64,000 nucleotides of DNA, from assembly GCF_006345805.1 (NCBI RefSeq), contig NC_043015.1, positions 52,700,001-52,764,000 on the forward strand, given 5' to 3'. This stretch comes from Octopus sinensis (lineage: Eukaryota). The notes beneath the pieces are model-generated. The model was not told the DNA's origin. It saw only the letters and a list, made by a program, of their open reading frames with translations, and made no database searches. Of the stretch, positions 52,711-64,000 are shown piece by piece. Position numbers and translations under genes: made by a program. How positions within the stretch are numbered: the first letter of the stretch is position 1; every line of letters begins with the position of its first letter.

Positions 52711-54676
52711 ATATATATATATAATATATATATACATGTCTATGCATGCATATATATGAATATATATATTGTCATATGCATATATGTATGTGTGTATATA
52801 TGTGTGTGTGTCATATGTATGTGTGTGCTTGTGCGTCTGTAGGTATAAATATACACACACACACACTGCTCTCGACACAATCTCGATGAGATACAATTTG
52901 TGCTCATGTAATATTCATGAGTCCACCCCCAATCAATCTATAATACTACAAGAACAATCAAAACAGCAGACAGAGAGGCAGGGGCAGGAGGGGCAGTAGG
53001 AAAAAAAGAGAGGGAGAGCCGGACAGAGAGAGAGAGAGAGTCGGAGTTTTGTGGAATGGTTTATACAGCTTGGGACAGCAGCAGTAGGTATTGTTTGGTT
53101 GCACAGCAGGAGAGAGAACAAGAAGCTTGTCCAACACAATACAAGTGTCGGCCATTTTGTCAGGACAACCAGCAGAAATTTTCAAAAGGGACAAAACTCT
53201 CTTTCTCTCTCTATCTTTGTGCATGTGTGAATATATATATGTGCATATATGTGTGTATATATAGCTATAATGTGTAAAAGGAAAGTGTGTGAGAGAGAGA
53301 GAATATATGTGCATATGGCTAAAGTGTGCGTGTGTGTGTGTGTGTGTGTATGTGTACACATCTATGTATGTATGTATGCATAATTTGATGGTACATAAGA
53401 TACATGGGTATGTTAGATGCACCCCAGCACATATTCAGAAAATAAGATTCTAGTGCATTAAACCAAATAGTAATATCTTATAGGGGACCCAACTCCACAT
53501 ATAAACTGGGGTGATTTTTGGAGACATTTTAGGGAAAGAAGTATGTTAAATATCATCAAATACAGTATTATAATAATAATAACAACAACACATACACAGG
53601 CATATATATATGTTAAGTGTGTACAATCGAAGCTGTTCATTATTATCACTTTGGGACAGAGCTTTCTGATCAACAATAACTGGCTGATAACATTAAGCAG
53701 AGATTACAACCAGAATGTCCTCCTGAGTGATTTGTGAGACCCCAAAAGTTTGATAATATTATCTATGATTTTAATAAGAGCTTTCTACTGAATGATTAAA
53801 TTTTGTGTTTTTCTTTCAAGATAGATATAGGTAAGTAGATAGATAACTTTCTTTATTGCTGAACACAGAGGGGGCAAATACAAGTGTAGAGCTTTTCTTT
53901 TCAAAAATGAAAAAGAAAAAGGGGAGAAAAGGAGAAAAAAGTAAAATTCCGATCAGGTGGATAGGTAGATAGATAGATATGTAGGTAGGTAGATAGGAAG
54001 ACAGATCTGCAGTAATAAATTTATTAAAAGCAATTAACTAATCAAGGAGCTTCAACATAGTACCTTGACTGCTAAAAATACCAGCCTAAACTCCAAGATA
54101 TAGCTATATCCGACTTAAAAATAAACACAGGATGAATTATTATATAATGGTGTTAATCTAGCTACACTGCGTCTGAATAAAAGCTGAGATATATTTAGAG
54201 CTAAAACACTTTTGATTGCAAGTTCGCTTGACCAAGGCTGACCAACGGCTAAACAACAAAATCAAAAGGAACACAACCTATTCATGTTCCCACAAGTAAG
54301 TCAGTTTTTAAGTTATGTCGTTATTAGAAGACCTAACACATTTTTGGAACACACAGGTACACATATAAAAGGGGTGGGGGAATATATATATATATATATA
54401 TACAATGATGTGCATATAAAAATATATATATAACATAAAATTTGTAGAATTTCCTGGGCATGTAGAGGGCATAAAAAAACGGGTAGCTTATGTTTATGTG
54501 TGTGTGTGTGTGTACGTATGTATATGTAACTGAATAACACTATATATGTGTGTGTGTGTGTATGTATGTATATAGGTGCATATATATATATACACACATA
54601 CATATGTATCATATATATATACACACACATACATATGTATGTATGTATAGATCTATCATGTATATATAGATGTATC

Positions 54677-54725
<49 letters not shown>

Positions 54726-54856
54726 CACACACACACAAAGTAAGTGTAAATAATGTGTATATAAAGTTTAACTATCAACATCTATGCGAGAATGGATATT
54801 GTGTGTGTAAAATGAGAGGGATGGATAGACAGATAAACTGATTCCTCACACATATT

Positions 54857-54893
<37 letters not shown>

Positions 54894-55597
54894 TATAAAG
54901 AGAAATTGTTATATAAGACAATTTACCTGGACAGTTTTAAGACTAAGTAGGTGAAGATGGAACTGAGACATACAATACACACACACATACATGTGTGTGT
55001 TTGTGTATAGTAAGTTTTTACATACATATATATATAATATATATATATATATATACACATACACACTTACTTACACACACAGCAAAAGGACATTGAGAGA
55101 ATAGGGGAAAATAGAGAGAAAGAGGTAAAATAGTAAAACCCAAAGAGAAGGGGGTGTCAGTGGAGGAGACATCAACAAAGACATGGAAAAACACAAATAT
55201 ATAAAATATAAAGAAAACAAAAAAAAATATCACCCCCAAAGTGTAGAGGTGGTGGGTGGCAGGTGAGCGGTGGGATAGAACAAAACAAAAAAAAACAAAA
55301 CCAAGACCCATGCATGCAACAATACAATGAGTGAAAGAGAAAGAGGAGAGAAAGGAAAGTAATGAGTTGAGAAGGTGGGGGAGGAAAGGGAAAGGTGGGG
55401 CAGGCAGGGGGTTATGACCAGAATCAATAAGAAAACCATTACTGTGTTTGGGCATAGAATTTATTGGGTCACTATGAACTTGGTATGGGTGGTTTCTATT
55501 TATTTATATACTGTCCCCTAACAGGACGTTTACAGTGAAACTTTTAACAGGACATTATGATACTGATCATTTTTATTATTATTATTATATTATTTAT

Positions 55598-55821
55598 AAG
55601 GCGGCGAGCTGGCAGAACCGTTAGCACGCCGGGCGAAATAGGTTCGTTGGCCATCACGTTCTGAGTTCAAATTCCGCCGAGGTCGACTTTGCCTTTCATC
55701 CTTTCGGGGTCGATAAATTAAGTACCAGTTACACACTGGAGTAGATGTAATCGACTTAATTCGTTTGTCTGTCCTTGTTCGTCCCCTCTATATTTAGCCC
55801 CTTGTGGGTAATAAAGAAACA
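55598..55821 (+). mobile_element. tRNA-derived SINE family A, young near-full copy
   Basis: AAGGCGGCGAGCTGGCAGAA head, B-box GAGTTCAAATTCC, central GCCTTTCATCCTTTCGGGGTCGATAAA and tail AATAAAGAAA. CpGs are intact. A second copy follows at 55837-56052. Confidence 0.85.
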
Positions 55822-56051
55822 ATTATTATTATTTATAAGGCAGCGAGCTGGCAGAATCGTTAGCACACTGGACGAAATGCTTATCGGTGTTTCGCCTGCT
55901 GATACGTTCTTAGTTCAAATTCTGCCTAAGTCGACTTTACTTTTCATCCTTTAGGGGTCGATAAAATGAGTACCAGTTGAACACTAGGGGTCGATGTAAT
56001 CAACCCATCCCCTCCCCCAAAGTTGCTGACCCCATGGCAAAATTTGAAATC

Positions 56052-56124
<73 letters not shown>

Positions 56125-56125
<1 letters not shown>

Positions 56126-56285
56126 TATATCGGTCCAGGACGTCACCAACAGTAAACAACAGGAAATATGAAAACAAATGAGTTGAATACACAAATGAGA
56201 AACAAATGGAAAACAGGACAAGTAACATAAAGAACGACCCTTCATCAGTTGTCGGCTGTCTATCTACTCCTCATTTCGAGTATGT
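56125..56285 (-). mobile_element. Probable Penelope-like terminal fragment
   Basis: The reverse strand contains CTCGAAATGAGG...CAACTGATGAAGGG followed by a T-rich tail. Confidence 0.3.
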
Positions 56286-56406
56286 GTGTGTGTGACTATA
56301 AAAACAAGCTTCTATACATATCCCTACCTACTAAACCCTATTTACAAAATACTCACCTACCCTACATGCATATATACATTTAGATACACACATATATACA
56401 TATGCT

Positions 56407-56437
<31 letters not shown>

Positions 56438-56754
56438 TATATATGCACATACACATATGCACCTATTTTGTCATCATTGTTTTACAAATGTCTAATTCTT
56501 GATAGCAAAGGTTAAACAAGCCTCTTTAAGAAGCCGTCTCATTCTCTCTTTCTTTGAGTGTATGTCTATGTCAGTTATGGGCAAGCTGCGACCCACAGGT
56601 CTTTCTAAATGGCACGCCTAATGAAAAATTACATTGAATTTCTTATAGTGGGACGGCCCACATGATTGTAAGCCCACTTCTTGAAAAAGAGTACCCATGC
56701 CAGGAGTGTACACACACACTCTCTCACACACACACACACCACACACCACATCTG

Positions 56755-56995
56755 TGGAGGCACATACTGAGCAGTGTGGGTGTCAAATTCATGAACATAA
56801 GATTGTAGTTTCAATTCCTGGGTCAGGCAATTTGTCATGTTCTTGAGCAAGACACTTCATTTCATGTTACTCCAGTCAACTCAGCAGGAAAAAGAGAGAA
56901 TCCTACAACAAGACTGGAGTCCCATCCAGGGGCAGAATTCACGCACAGTGGAAACTAACAAACCATCCCCAAGAGCCTAGATGGTTTAGGAAAGA
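56755..56995 (+). mobile_element. tRNA-derived CORE-like SINE family C (representative copy)
   Basis: GTTTCAATTCCTGG B-box followed by GTTCTTGAGCAAGACACTTCATTTCA..CTCCAGTC.ACTCAGC. Other copies lie at about 10430-10750(-), 14830-15045(-), 16640-16790(-), 20050-20170(-), 33170-33360(-), 50655-50870(+) and 58040-58205(-). Confidence 0.7.
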
Positions 56996-57198
56996 GCTTT
57001 ATCCTTGATATATCTTTTAGCTTTTACTTGTTTCATTCATTAGACGTTGGCCATTCTGGGATGCCACCTTGAAGAATTTTTAGTCGAATGAATCAACCCT
57101 GGTGCTTATTCTATCGATATCTTTTGCTGGTCTGCTAAGTTACAGGGACATAAACACAGAACACCAATTGTCAAGCAGTGACGTGGGACAAGCACACA

Positions 57199-57286
<88 letters not shown>

Positions 57287-57809
57287 GTAGCACTTCAGTT
57301 TACGAACACCTCTGATCACGAATAAATCATGCTATATATGTATGTATATATGTATATAGTACGGATGAAATTGCATATAGGAACACAATGCAATGGGTAT
57401 ATACAATAAGTTGTCAGGTTGATTTACCACTTAAAACTCTGACTTGAATTGCAACTAAAACGAAAATTGGTCTTGTAGCTACCAAACAATGAATGGCTGT
57501 AAGTGATTCATCATTCTCACTCTCTTTAATATATATATATATATATATATACATACACACACACACATACAGATAAATATGTACATTGGCTGTGCGCTTA
57601 TTGGGGCATTTTGGTGGGCCTTAGAAATGCTTGGTGGAGCCCATCTCCTTTCAGAGTATTCAGTCCCTCGTGAAGTTTAGCCTGCTACCAAGATGTGGCT
57701 GAGAATAGTCTCAGAGCCGAAAGTAAGTGTCAGGTGAGAACCATTGCACCTGTTCATCCCAAAGGGTGCTACTGCTGCAGGAAACCAAGGTATTCTGTTT
57801 TTACCTGTG

Positions 57810-57967
57810 AAAACCATGGCCTGACAACATCAAGGACTGGACAGGTCACAAACAGTATAACACTGCTACGTATGAGAGAGAACAGAGACCAGTGGCAGCA
57901 AATGACTGTAAAAGTATCTACAGTGGTACCCAAACAATTGGCTGCATCAGTTAAGGGAACTTGATGA
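57810..57967 (+). mobile_element. RTE-type LINE (or LINE-tailed SINE) extreme 3' end
   Basis: WPDNIKDWTG followed by TLLRMRENRDQWQQM matches the WxDxIxxWTG...xRxxWR terminus of RTE ORFs. Confidence 0.7.
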
Positions 57968-58689
57968 AGGATACATTTATATATATATAATCACATTATT
58001 GACCAGACTCAGATATTACGTATCACTCCACTCATCACAATGGGCTTTTGCATTGCTTCTGCCTCTGAATGACACCACCCCACTGGCTAGGTGAGCAGGC
58101 CAACATTCCTCCCCCGATCAGAAGTGGAGATGACTGGAACAATGTGAAATAAATTGTTTTGCTCAAGAACACAACACACAGCCACATCTGGGAATCAAAT
58201 CCATGACGTAAACACACCACCATCAGTTGTCAAGCAATGTTGGGGGGAACAAACACAGATACACAAACATATATACACTCATACATACGCATATACAACA
58301 GGCTTCTTTCAGTTTGTCTATCAAATTCACTCACAAGGCTTTGGTTGGCCCGAGGCTATAGTAGAAGACACTTGCCCAATGTGCCACGCAGTGGGAATGA
58401 ACCCGGAACCACATGGTTGATTCACAGCCACTCAGATGTATAAGTGTATTGATAATTTTCTATTTGAGAGTTTTTTGCCATTTTTACTCATAAGATCCCA
58501 TGTTTTTGGTCCATGTTGCTTGTTGTTGAGCCCCAACTTATCTCCGAGTAAACCTATGGTCAAAATAATGTTATCTTTGACCATCATGAATGTATGTAGG
58601 ACTACATTATCCAATGTCTCTTTCCTGTTTTCCAAGATAGTTTGGGCTGTTTGATCCAACTTGTTGCACATGTGTGGACATTTTACATA

Positions 58690-58898
58690 TATATATAAGC
58701 AAAAATAAATCTCTGAGTGAGGTATACACTTTTTCGATATCAGTGTCTTTACGTCACTGGAAAAAAGTATATTTATTTGCAGAGGAAAGCCTACTTTTCA
58801 TTGACAGTCATGATTGTCACACGCTGATGACGGGTCAATACCCAGAAACTCGAGTCCGTGTGTATCATAAGTTGAAGACGGGAAGGATGGCTTCCCTT

Positions 58899-58900
<2 letters not shown>
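58690..58900 (+). mobile_element. Penelope-like element 3'/pLTR relic carrying the hammerhead
   Basis: Frameshifted translation just upstream (LYVTGKK / KKVYLFAEESLLFI) loosely resembles the PYxxxxKxCxLCxxEKLxI C-terminus of Penelope-like ORFs. Hammerheads with palindromic stem III are typical of these elements. Confidence 0.45.
58810..58868 (+). ncRNA. Type I hammerhead ribozyme motif (predicted cleavage after GUC, C58856)
   Basis: Stem I CACACG (58818-23) pairs with CGTGTG (58857-62) and extends as ATGAT/ATCAT across an internal loop. Core CTGATGA is at 58824-30. Stem II is GGGT-caat-ACCC with a C.A at the 10.1/11.1 position. GAAA is at 58845-48, followed by palindromic stem III ACTCGAGT and the GTC cleavage triplet. 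Confidence 0.85.
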
Positions 58901-58941
<41 letters not shown>

Positions 58942-58951
58942 AGAAAAAGAT

Positions 58952-58998
<47 letters not shown>

Positions 58999-59890
58999 TG
59001 TCTGATGAAGACTAGCAGACCAAAACTTTGAGGTCACTGTCATGCTTCTTGTAAAAAGTTTAATAAACATGGACTCGCACTAAAAAATATTGAGTAATCC
59101 TTCAGTTTAATGTTGCTAAATTGTTTTTATAACTTGACATAGAAACAAACAATACATTATTTCCTTATCTGTGTGTGTGTGTATGTGTGTGTATATATAT
59201 ATATATATATATAAACTTCTTGTGAATGAGTCACCAAGACCAACATTAAACTGCGAGCAAAGCAAACTTGAACACCATTAATTATTTACACACAATCAGG
59301 AAAAGAAAAATATCTTTAGTGCTTGCATACACGCACGCACGCGCACACACACACACACACACACAGGGATAGATATACATACAAGTGCACACGCAATTAT
59401 CAAACTGACTGGGTTTTTTTCCATTTGCTAAACTCTATGTCAGCAACAGGCAGTAACAGCATTATTTTCAAGTGCCACATGATTTATGATCACAAGAATT
59501 GAAAACGACCAATAAATGATCTCTGTTCTGAAGAACCTACTTGACGATTTGGTCAACGCAAGGCTATAGTTTAGCACAGTGGAACTGAACCCAGAATCAC
59601 ATCATGCTCAAGAAGCAAGTTTCTTAACTACACAGATATGCTTCTGTCTCTGATTATTGAGATAGCAAGTCAACAGAATTGCTAGCAAACTGAAAAAACA
59701 GCTGGGTGACCTTCCCAACGTTGGCCAGTTTATAGTGCATACTGGGCTCTTTTTTGTGACACCAACACTAGTGAAATCACCAAGCAACATGTAAAACAAA
59801 AAGAAATGGAAAAGCTCCCTCAACTGAGTGTGGGAGAAGGGCATTTGTGAGACAGGAAGGGGGCCTTATATCGAGTGGTGGAGGCTAATG

Positions 59891-60380
59891 CAGTGGTTTT
59901 CAACCAAGGTTCATACAACCCTTGTGGTTCCACATAAGATTTTGTTGCTAAAGTTTATCTACAATAAACTGGGTATACTTCTACAGTATACAAAACATTT
60001 TAATCTTTTCTACTCTAGGCACAAGGTCTGGATTTTATGGGGTGGGTGACAGTCGATTTAGATCAACCCCAGTACACAACTGCTACTTAATTTATCAACC
60101 CTGAAATGATAAAAGGCAAAGTCAACCTCAGTGGAATTTGAACTCAGAACATAAAGACAGGCAAAATACCACTAAGCATTTTACTTCATGGTGCTAATGA
60201 TTCTGCCAGCTTGCCGCCTTACACAAAATATTCTAATGATTATTTTTATACAATTCCTAATAATATTTAATTCTAAAAATATAGAATTTTTTAAACATCA
60301 AATGGCTCTCAGGGTCCACCTGAGTAAAAGAGGAACCGAAAGGCTCCTTCAGTAAAAAAAACAATGGCTGAGAACCGCTG
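59891..60380. mobile_element. hAT-like MITE family H1 containing a SINE
   Basis: CAGTGGTTTTCAACC...GGCTGAGAACCGCTG termini and TSD GGCTAATG/GGCCAATG (7 of 8). Confidence 0.8.
60003..60220 (-). mobile_element. SINE family A inserted in a hAT MITE
   Basis: Full copy with imperfect TSD ACAAAACATTTAAT/ACAAAATATTCTAAT. Confidence 0.85.
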
Positions 60381-60544
60381 GGCCAATGTATGATAGTCGA
60401 ACAAGCACATATGTTATACTATAGAGGACATACATGGCTACCCTGTATTATATGAAAGTGGGAAAGGAGCAACAGGAAGAGAGATAACAATGATGGTGAC
60501 AGGATGTAAGAGGTAAACTGCACACAACACCTTTTCACCCAGCA

Positions 60545-60735
60545 TTCACCCTCAATCTCCATTCATGCATACACCACCTCCACCAAAGATTGAACCTTGG
60601 TGCTGTACATTACACTTTCGCTCATTTATCTGATGCTTGCTCAGTCTTTCTCGTGACTAATTACTCTGCGTTGTTGCATTTCATACTTGCTAACATCACG
60701 CATCCAATGATGTGTGAAGTTAGCCTATATCATCA
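60545..60735 (-). mobile_element. Highly decayed RTE-like fragment
   Basis: Minus-strand HHWMRDVS.. resembles the region seen at 24130-24280. Confidence 0.3.
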
Positions 60736-61665
60736 TTAATTGATAGGCAAGCGGGAGAAGGCTCGTTAATTGAGATTATTATCAGTGAAAATAACGAGGT
60801 TGCTATTGGTGAAAATAACATCATTTGGATCCCCCATGGTGGTGGTGGTGGTGGTGGTGATGGGATAACCAATAAAGAAACTTCTTGTGGTGTATTGTCT
60901 TGCTGGAAATAACAACAACATCTTCCTCAAATCACACTTGTCCATTTCAAAATATATAGGAGACTGCATTCGCTGTAGTCCTACACACAATGTGTCTGAA
61001 TTAAAAATGTTAAAAAAGACAGGATGGCCATGACTGGGATGCCGTTGATCATAAGCTAAGTTTGCTCCATCTGGCCTGACCTGGGGATAAGCATCAACAA
61101 TGATAACCATGGAAATTTGAGTCAACAATGAAGCCACTTTGTGTGTGTCTTCAATAGCTAGAAACAGCAGCCAAATCTCCTTCAAATGTAAGAATTGACA
61201 GTGAGGGCTGCATTAACCAATCAAAATGAAGTCTGGGATACACTGTGTCTGAATATGTAAGACAAGACTACAAGACTGTCATGGTTGGACTGACCTGCTC
61301 TTAAAACAATAACAAGATAAGAGGCAAACTTGATCCTTGCCCACATCCCCCAACCTGATCACCCCCTATGCTGTATAGATGGTATCCTCCAAATTAACAA
61401 AGGAGGAAGAGTAGAGAAGGGGATGGAGTGAAAAGGAATTCCTTCTCCCAGTCCAGTCCTGTCAATTCTTATTTTATCAATTTCAGCAAGAATCCTGGTG
61501 GGGAGTGTGAAAGGTCAAGTTGACATTCCGCAGACAGAACGCAAGAAAGTGGAGAGAAGCAGACACCAAAATTACCCAAAGCATTTATAGCCTGGCACTT
61601 TACCATTTCTGACACCTACTCCAGGGGGGAAAGTCAGGTATTTCATTTTATTTCTTATCTACAGA

Positions 61666-61908
61666 CATACATACATACATGCATATGTACATATGAACAT
61701 ACATATGTACATACATACATACGTACGTACATACATACGTACATACATACGTACATACATATGTAAATACGTACATATGTACATAAACATACATACATAC
61801 ATAAACATAAATACATATGTACATACATATATTTAAACATACATACATATGTATACAAACATATATATGTAAACATATGTACATATGTATATATACACAC
61901 ACACATAC
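61666..61908. repeat. Degenerate (TACA)n satellite
   Basis: Read directly. Confidence 0.9.
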
Positions 61909-62984
61909 AGTGATTCTGTTCTGAATTTACTAGAATTAATCATTTCTAGTCTGTCTATTTTTTTTAATGTTTTTTAAAAGGTCTTATTTAGCCCTAGGTC
62001 AGAAAAATTATGAAAAGCCTTCCTACTGTTGCCCACCCCCACCCACTTGAGTTGCCCCGTGCCTATGAGAAGGCAAGCCAAAACGAAACTCATTATCTAA
62101 CATGTCTAAGGTAGGATGTGGTTTGGGCAAGATTTAGTTGCTATTTCTAGTAAATCAAAGGACCACATTGAGGCTGCCTCATTGACTGGGGTGGGGTTAG
62201 GGTTTGCGTTAGGAACAGTGAGACTGATTTAAATGAAGCTAAATTTGAAGATCTGCAAGTCAATGGCTGTAAGGGAAAAAGCCTTCTTCTCAAAACTGTC
62301 AGCCTTGCATTTAAAGCAGAAACCATTATTATCACAACAGACATGGAATAGAGAGGACAGGTTATTAATAATGTTGCAAACGGTGATGAAAAGATTCTAA
62401 TAAACCCAGCTGACTAACTGACCAAATGATTAATCAAACAGTTGGTAATAAAAGAAGTGAAACGGACCTAGTGTAAGTGTTTCTGTTGGCATAATGACCA
62501 ACCCTCTCAAGATACATTATTTTTTACTTTGTAGACTGTATTTTGTAAAACTGTATCAACAACTTAGATGGTATTTGTTTCAAATCATGGAAGGCCAGTC
62601 AAGGACAATATGTATAAAGGACCAAGCTAGGGAGTTTACTCTTTTCCTGGAATATATTTACGTAATCAACTCTGGTCTATTTACAGAAGCATTATCTCAA
62701 GAGATGTTGGTAAATGAGTGGGCAGAAGGTTAACCTAGCAACTTGGTTCAAATCCTACAACTAGCACAGTTGGGTATTTGTTATATCTAACAGAGAGAAT
62801 TCTCATCTCTTCAGCCAAAAAAGAAAACTTTTAAGAGATCATACAGCCTGCTGGAATGTAATTAATGACCTCACTTTGGAATAATGTGCTTTGTGTTTCA
62901 TTCTCATTGCGTGGTACAGCAAGAAGCCAATGGCAACACTGTGTCTGTGTTTCCCTGGTTCCGATCATGTGCTGATTAGAAATA

Positions 62985-63133
62985 TATTTCTTTATTGCCC
63001 ACAAGGGGCTAAACATAGAGGGGACAAACAAAGACAGACAAAGGGATTAAGTCGATTACATCGACCCCAGTGCGAACTGGTACTTTATTTATCGACCCGA
63101 AAAGGATGAAAGGCAAAGTCGACCTTGGCGGAA
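62985..63133 (-). mobile_element. SINE family A, 5'-truncated
   Basis: The tail and central domain match the 55598 copy. Confidence 0.8.
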
Positions 63134-63502
63134 ATAAAAGCACTGTCCATACTAAATTGCACTGTCGTCGTTTGCAATCTGCCAGGAAAACATGACTGGC
63201 CATTAAACTGTTTGTTATTCCATGAATCAGGGGAAATACTGTCTGCATCACTAATGTATAAAGGGTTGACAAGAGGAAAAGCATCTGGACGGAGAAGATC
63301 TGCCTCAATAGGTTTCATCTTTCTCATGGAAACACAGACACCTGACACACCTGTATACACCTTTTCAAGCAACATCAATTGGATGGGAGAGAGTGAGCTT
63401 GTCTGAACACAAACATTTGATCGCTATAAACAAATCATTTATGCAGGTCGCTTAGCAAAAAGTGAACGCTCATACATAGTTTTGGATGAGAGAGTCCTTG
63501 GA

Positions 63503-63577
63503 GTAAAGATTATTTACCAACAAAACATGACTGTCCTGGTTTAGGACGAATGTTGCTGTAATTTATCCCCAGGAAAC
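63503..63577. mobile_element. Single TIR arm of the 17531-17792 MITE family
   Basis: GTAAAGATT...GTCCTGGTTTAGGACGAATGTTGCTGTAATTTATCCCCAGGAAA matches the TIR. Confidence 0.75.
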
Positions 63578-64000
63578 AAGATGTCACGCAGTGGGATTGA
63601 ACCTAGAACCATATGGTTGGTAAAGAAGCTACTTACCACACAGCCACTCCTGCACCTATACATACACATATGATATGGACAGTAGACACTGAATGATATA
63701 TATATATATACACACACACACTTGTAGCTTCATGAATATTTGAAAGTGTCTGAGAGTGTTTAAGTGCAAGAGAAGTGACATGTCCCCCCTCCTCTTTGCC
63801 GCCATCACCACTAGTCACATTGTCCCCTCGGTATACAGCTGGTGTGCAGTACAGTAGTGGTGATGGAGTTGGTGGTAGAGGCGGGGGGTGAGGGCCTTTA
63901 CTGTGTTATTAAACCGGAGGCGGGTGAGGAGAGTGTCAACTACTAGTTTCTTTGAAACACAGCCAGCCAGCCGAGACACACACTCTTTCTCTTCTCCCCC

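Noticed and set aside
55598-55690. tRNA gene
   Set aside because: The A/B boxes belong to a SINE head that continues into a multi-copy body, and no complete cloverleaf is evident.
56232-56285. Type II hammerhead on the minus strand (GAAA before CTGATGA)
   Set aside because: I could not form stems I and III around a UH cleavage site.
63286-63306. TGGACGGAGAA resembling the 5' half of miR-184
   Set aside because: The match stops after 11 nt, there is no hairpin, and it lies in repeat-derived sequence.

Overview
AT-rich eukaryotic genomic DNA, saturated with microsatellites and short interspersed repeats. The SINE families and the microsatellite load look like a coleoid cephalopod, most likely Octopus; this is recognition from memory, not a database hit. 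I cannot support any intact protein-coding gene, and almost all ORFs in the track are translations of simple repeats. The window contains three tRNA-headed SINE families, an older abundant repeat, piggyBac-like (TTAA), hAT-like (8-bp TSD) and Tc1/mariner-like (TA) MITEs that are often nested, one complete non-autonomous Helitron, and decayed RTE, L1/Tx1-like, mariner and Penelope-like fragments. The most notable element is a near-canonical type I hammerhead ribozyme at 58810-58868. It has a palindromic stem III, lies in a Penelope-like relic, and has degenerate hammerhead-like relatives elsewhere in the window. Also notable are several fold-back hairpins of pre-miRNA size, a CpG-retaining domain at about 29-45 kb between CpG-depleted flanks, and a 33-bp minisatellite that keeps a Gly/Ser/Tyr-rich ORF open. 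Coordinates were counted by hand, so the ends of degraded repeats are approximate.
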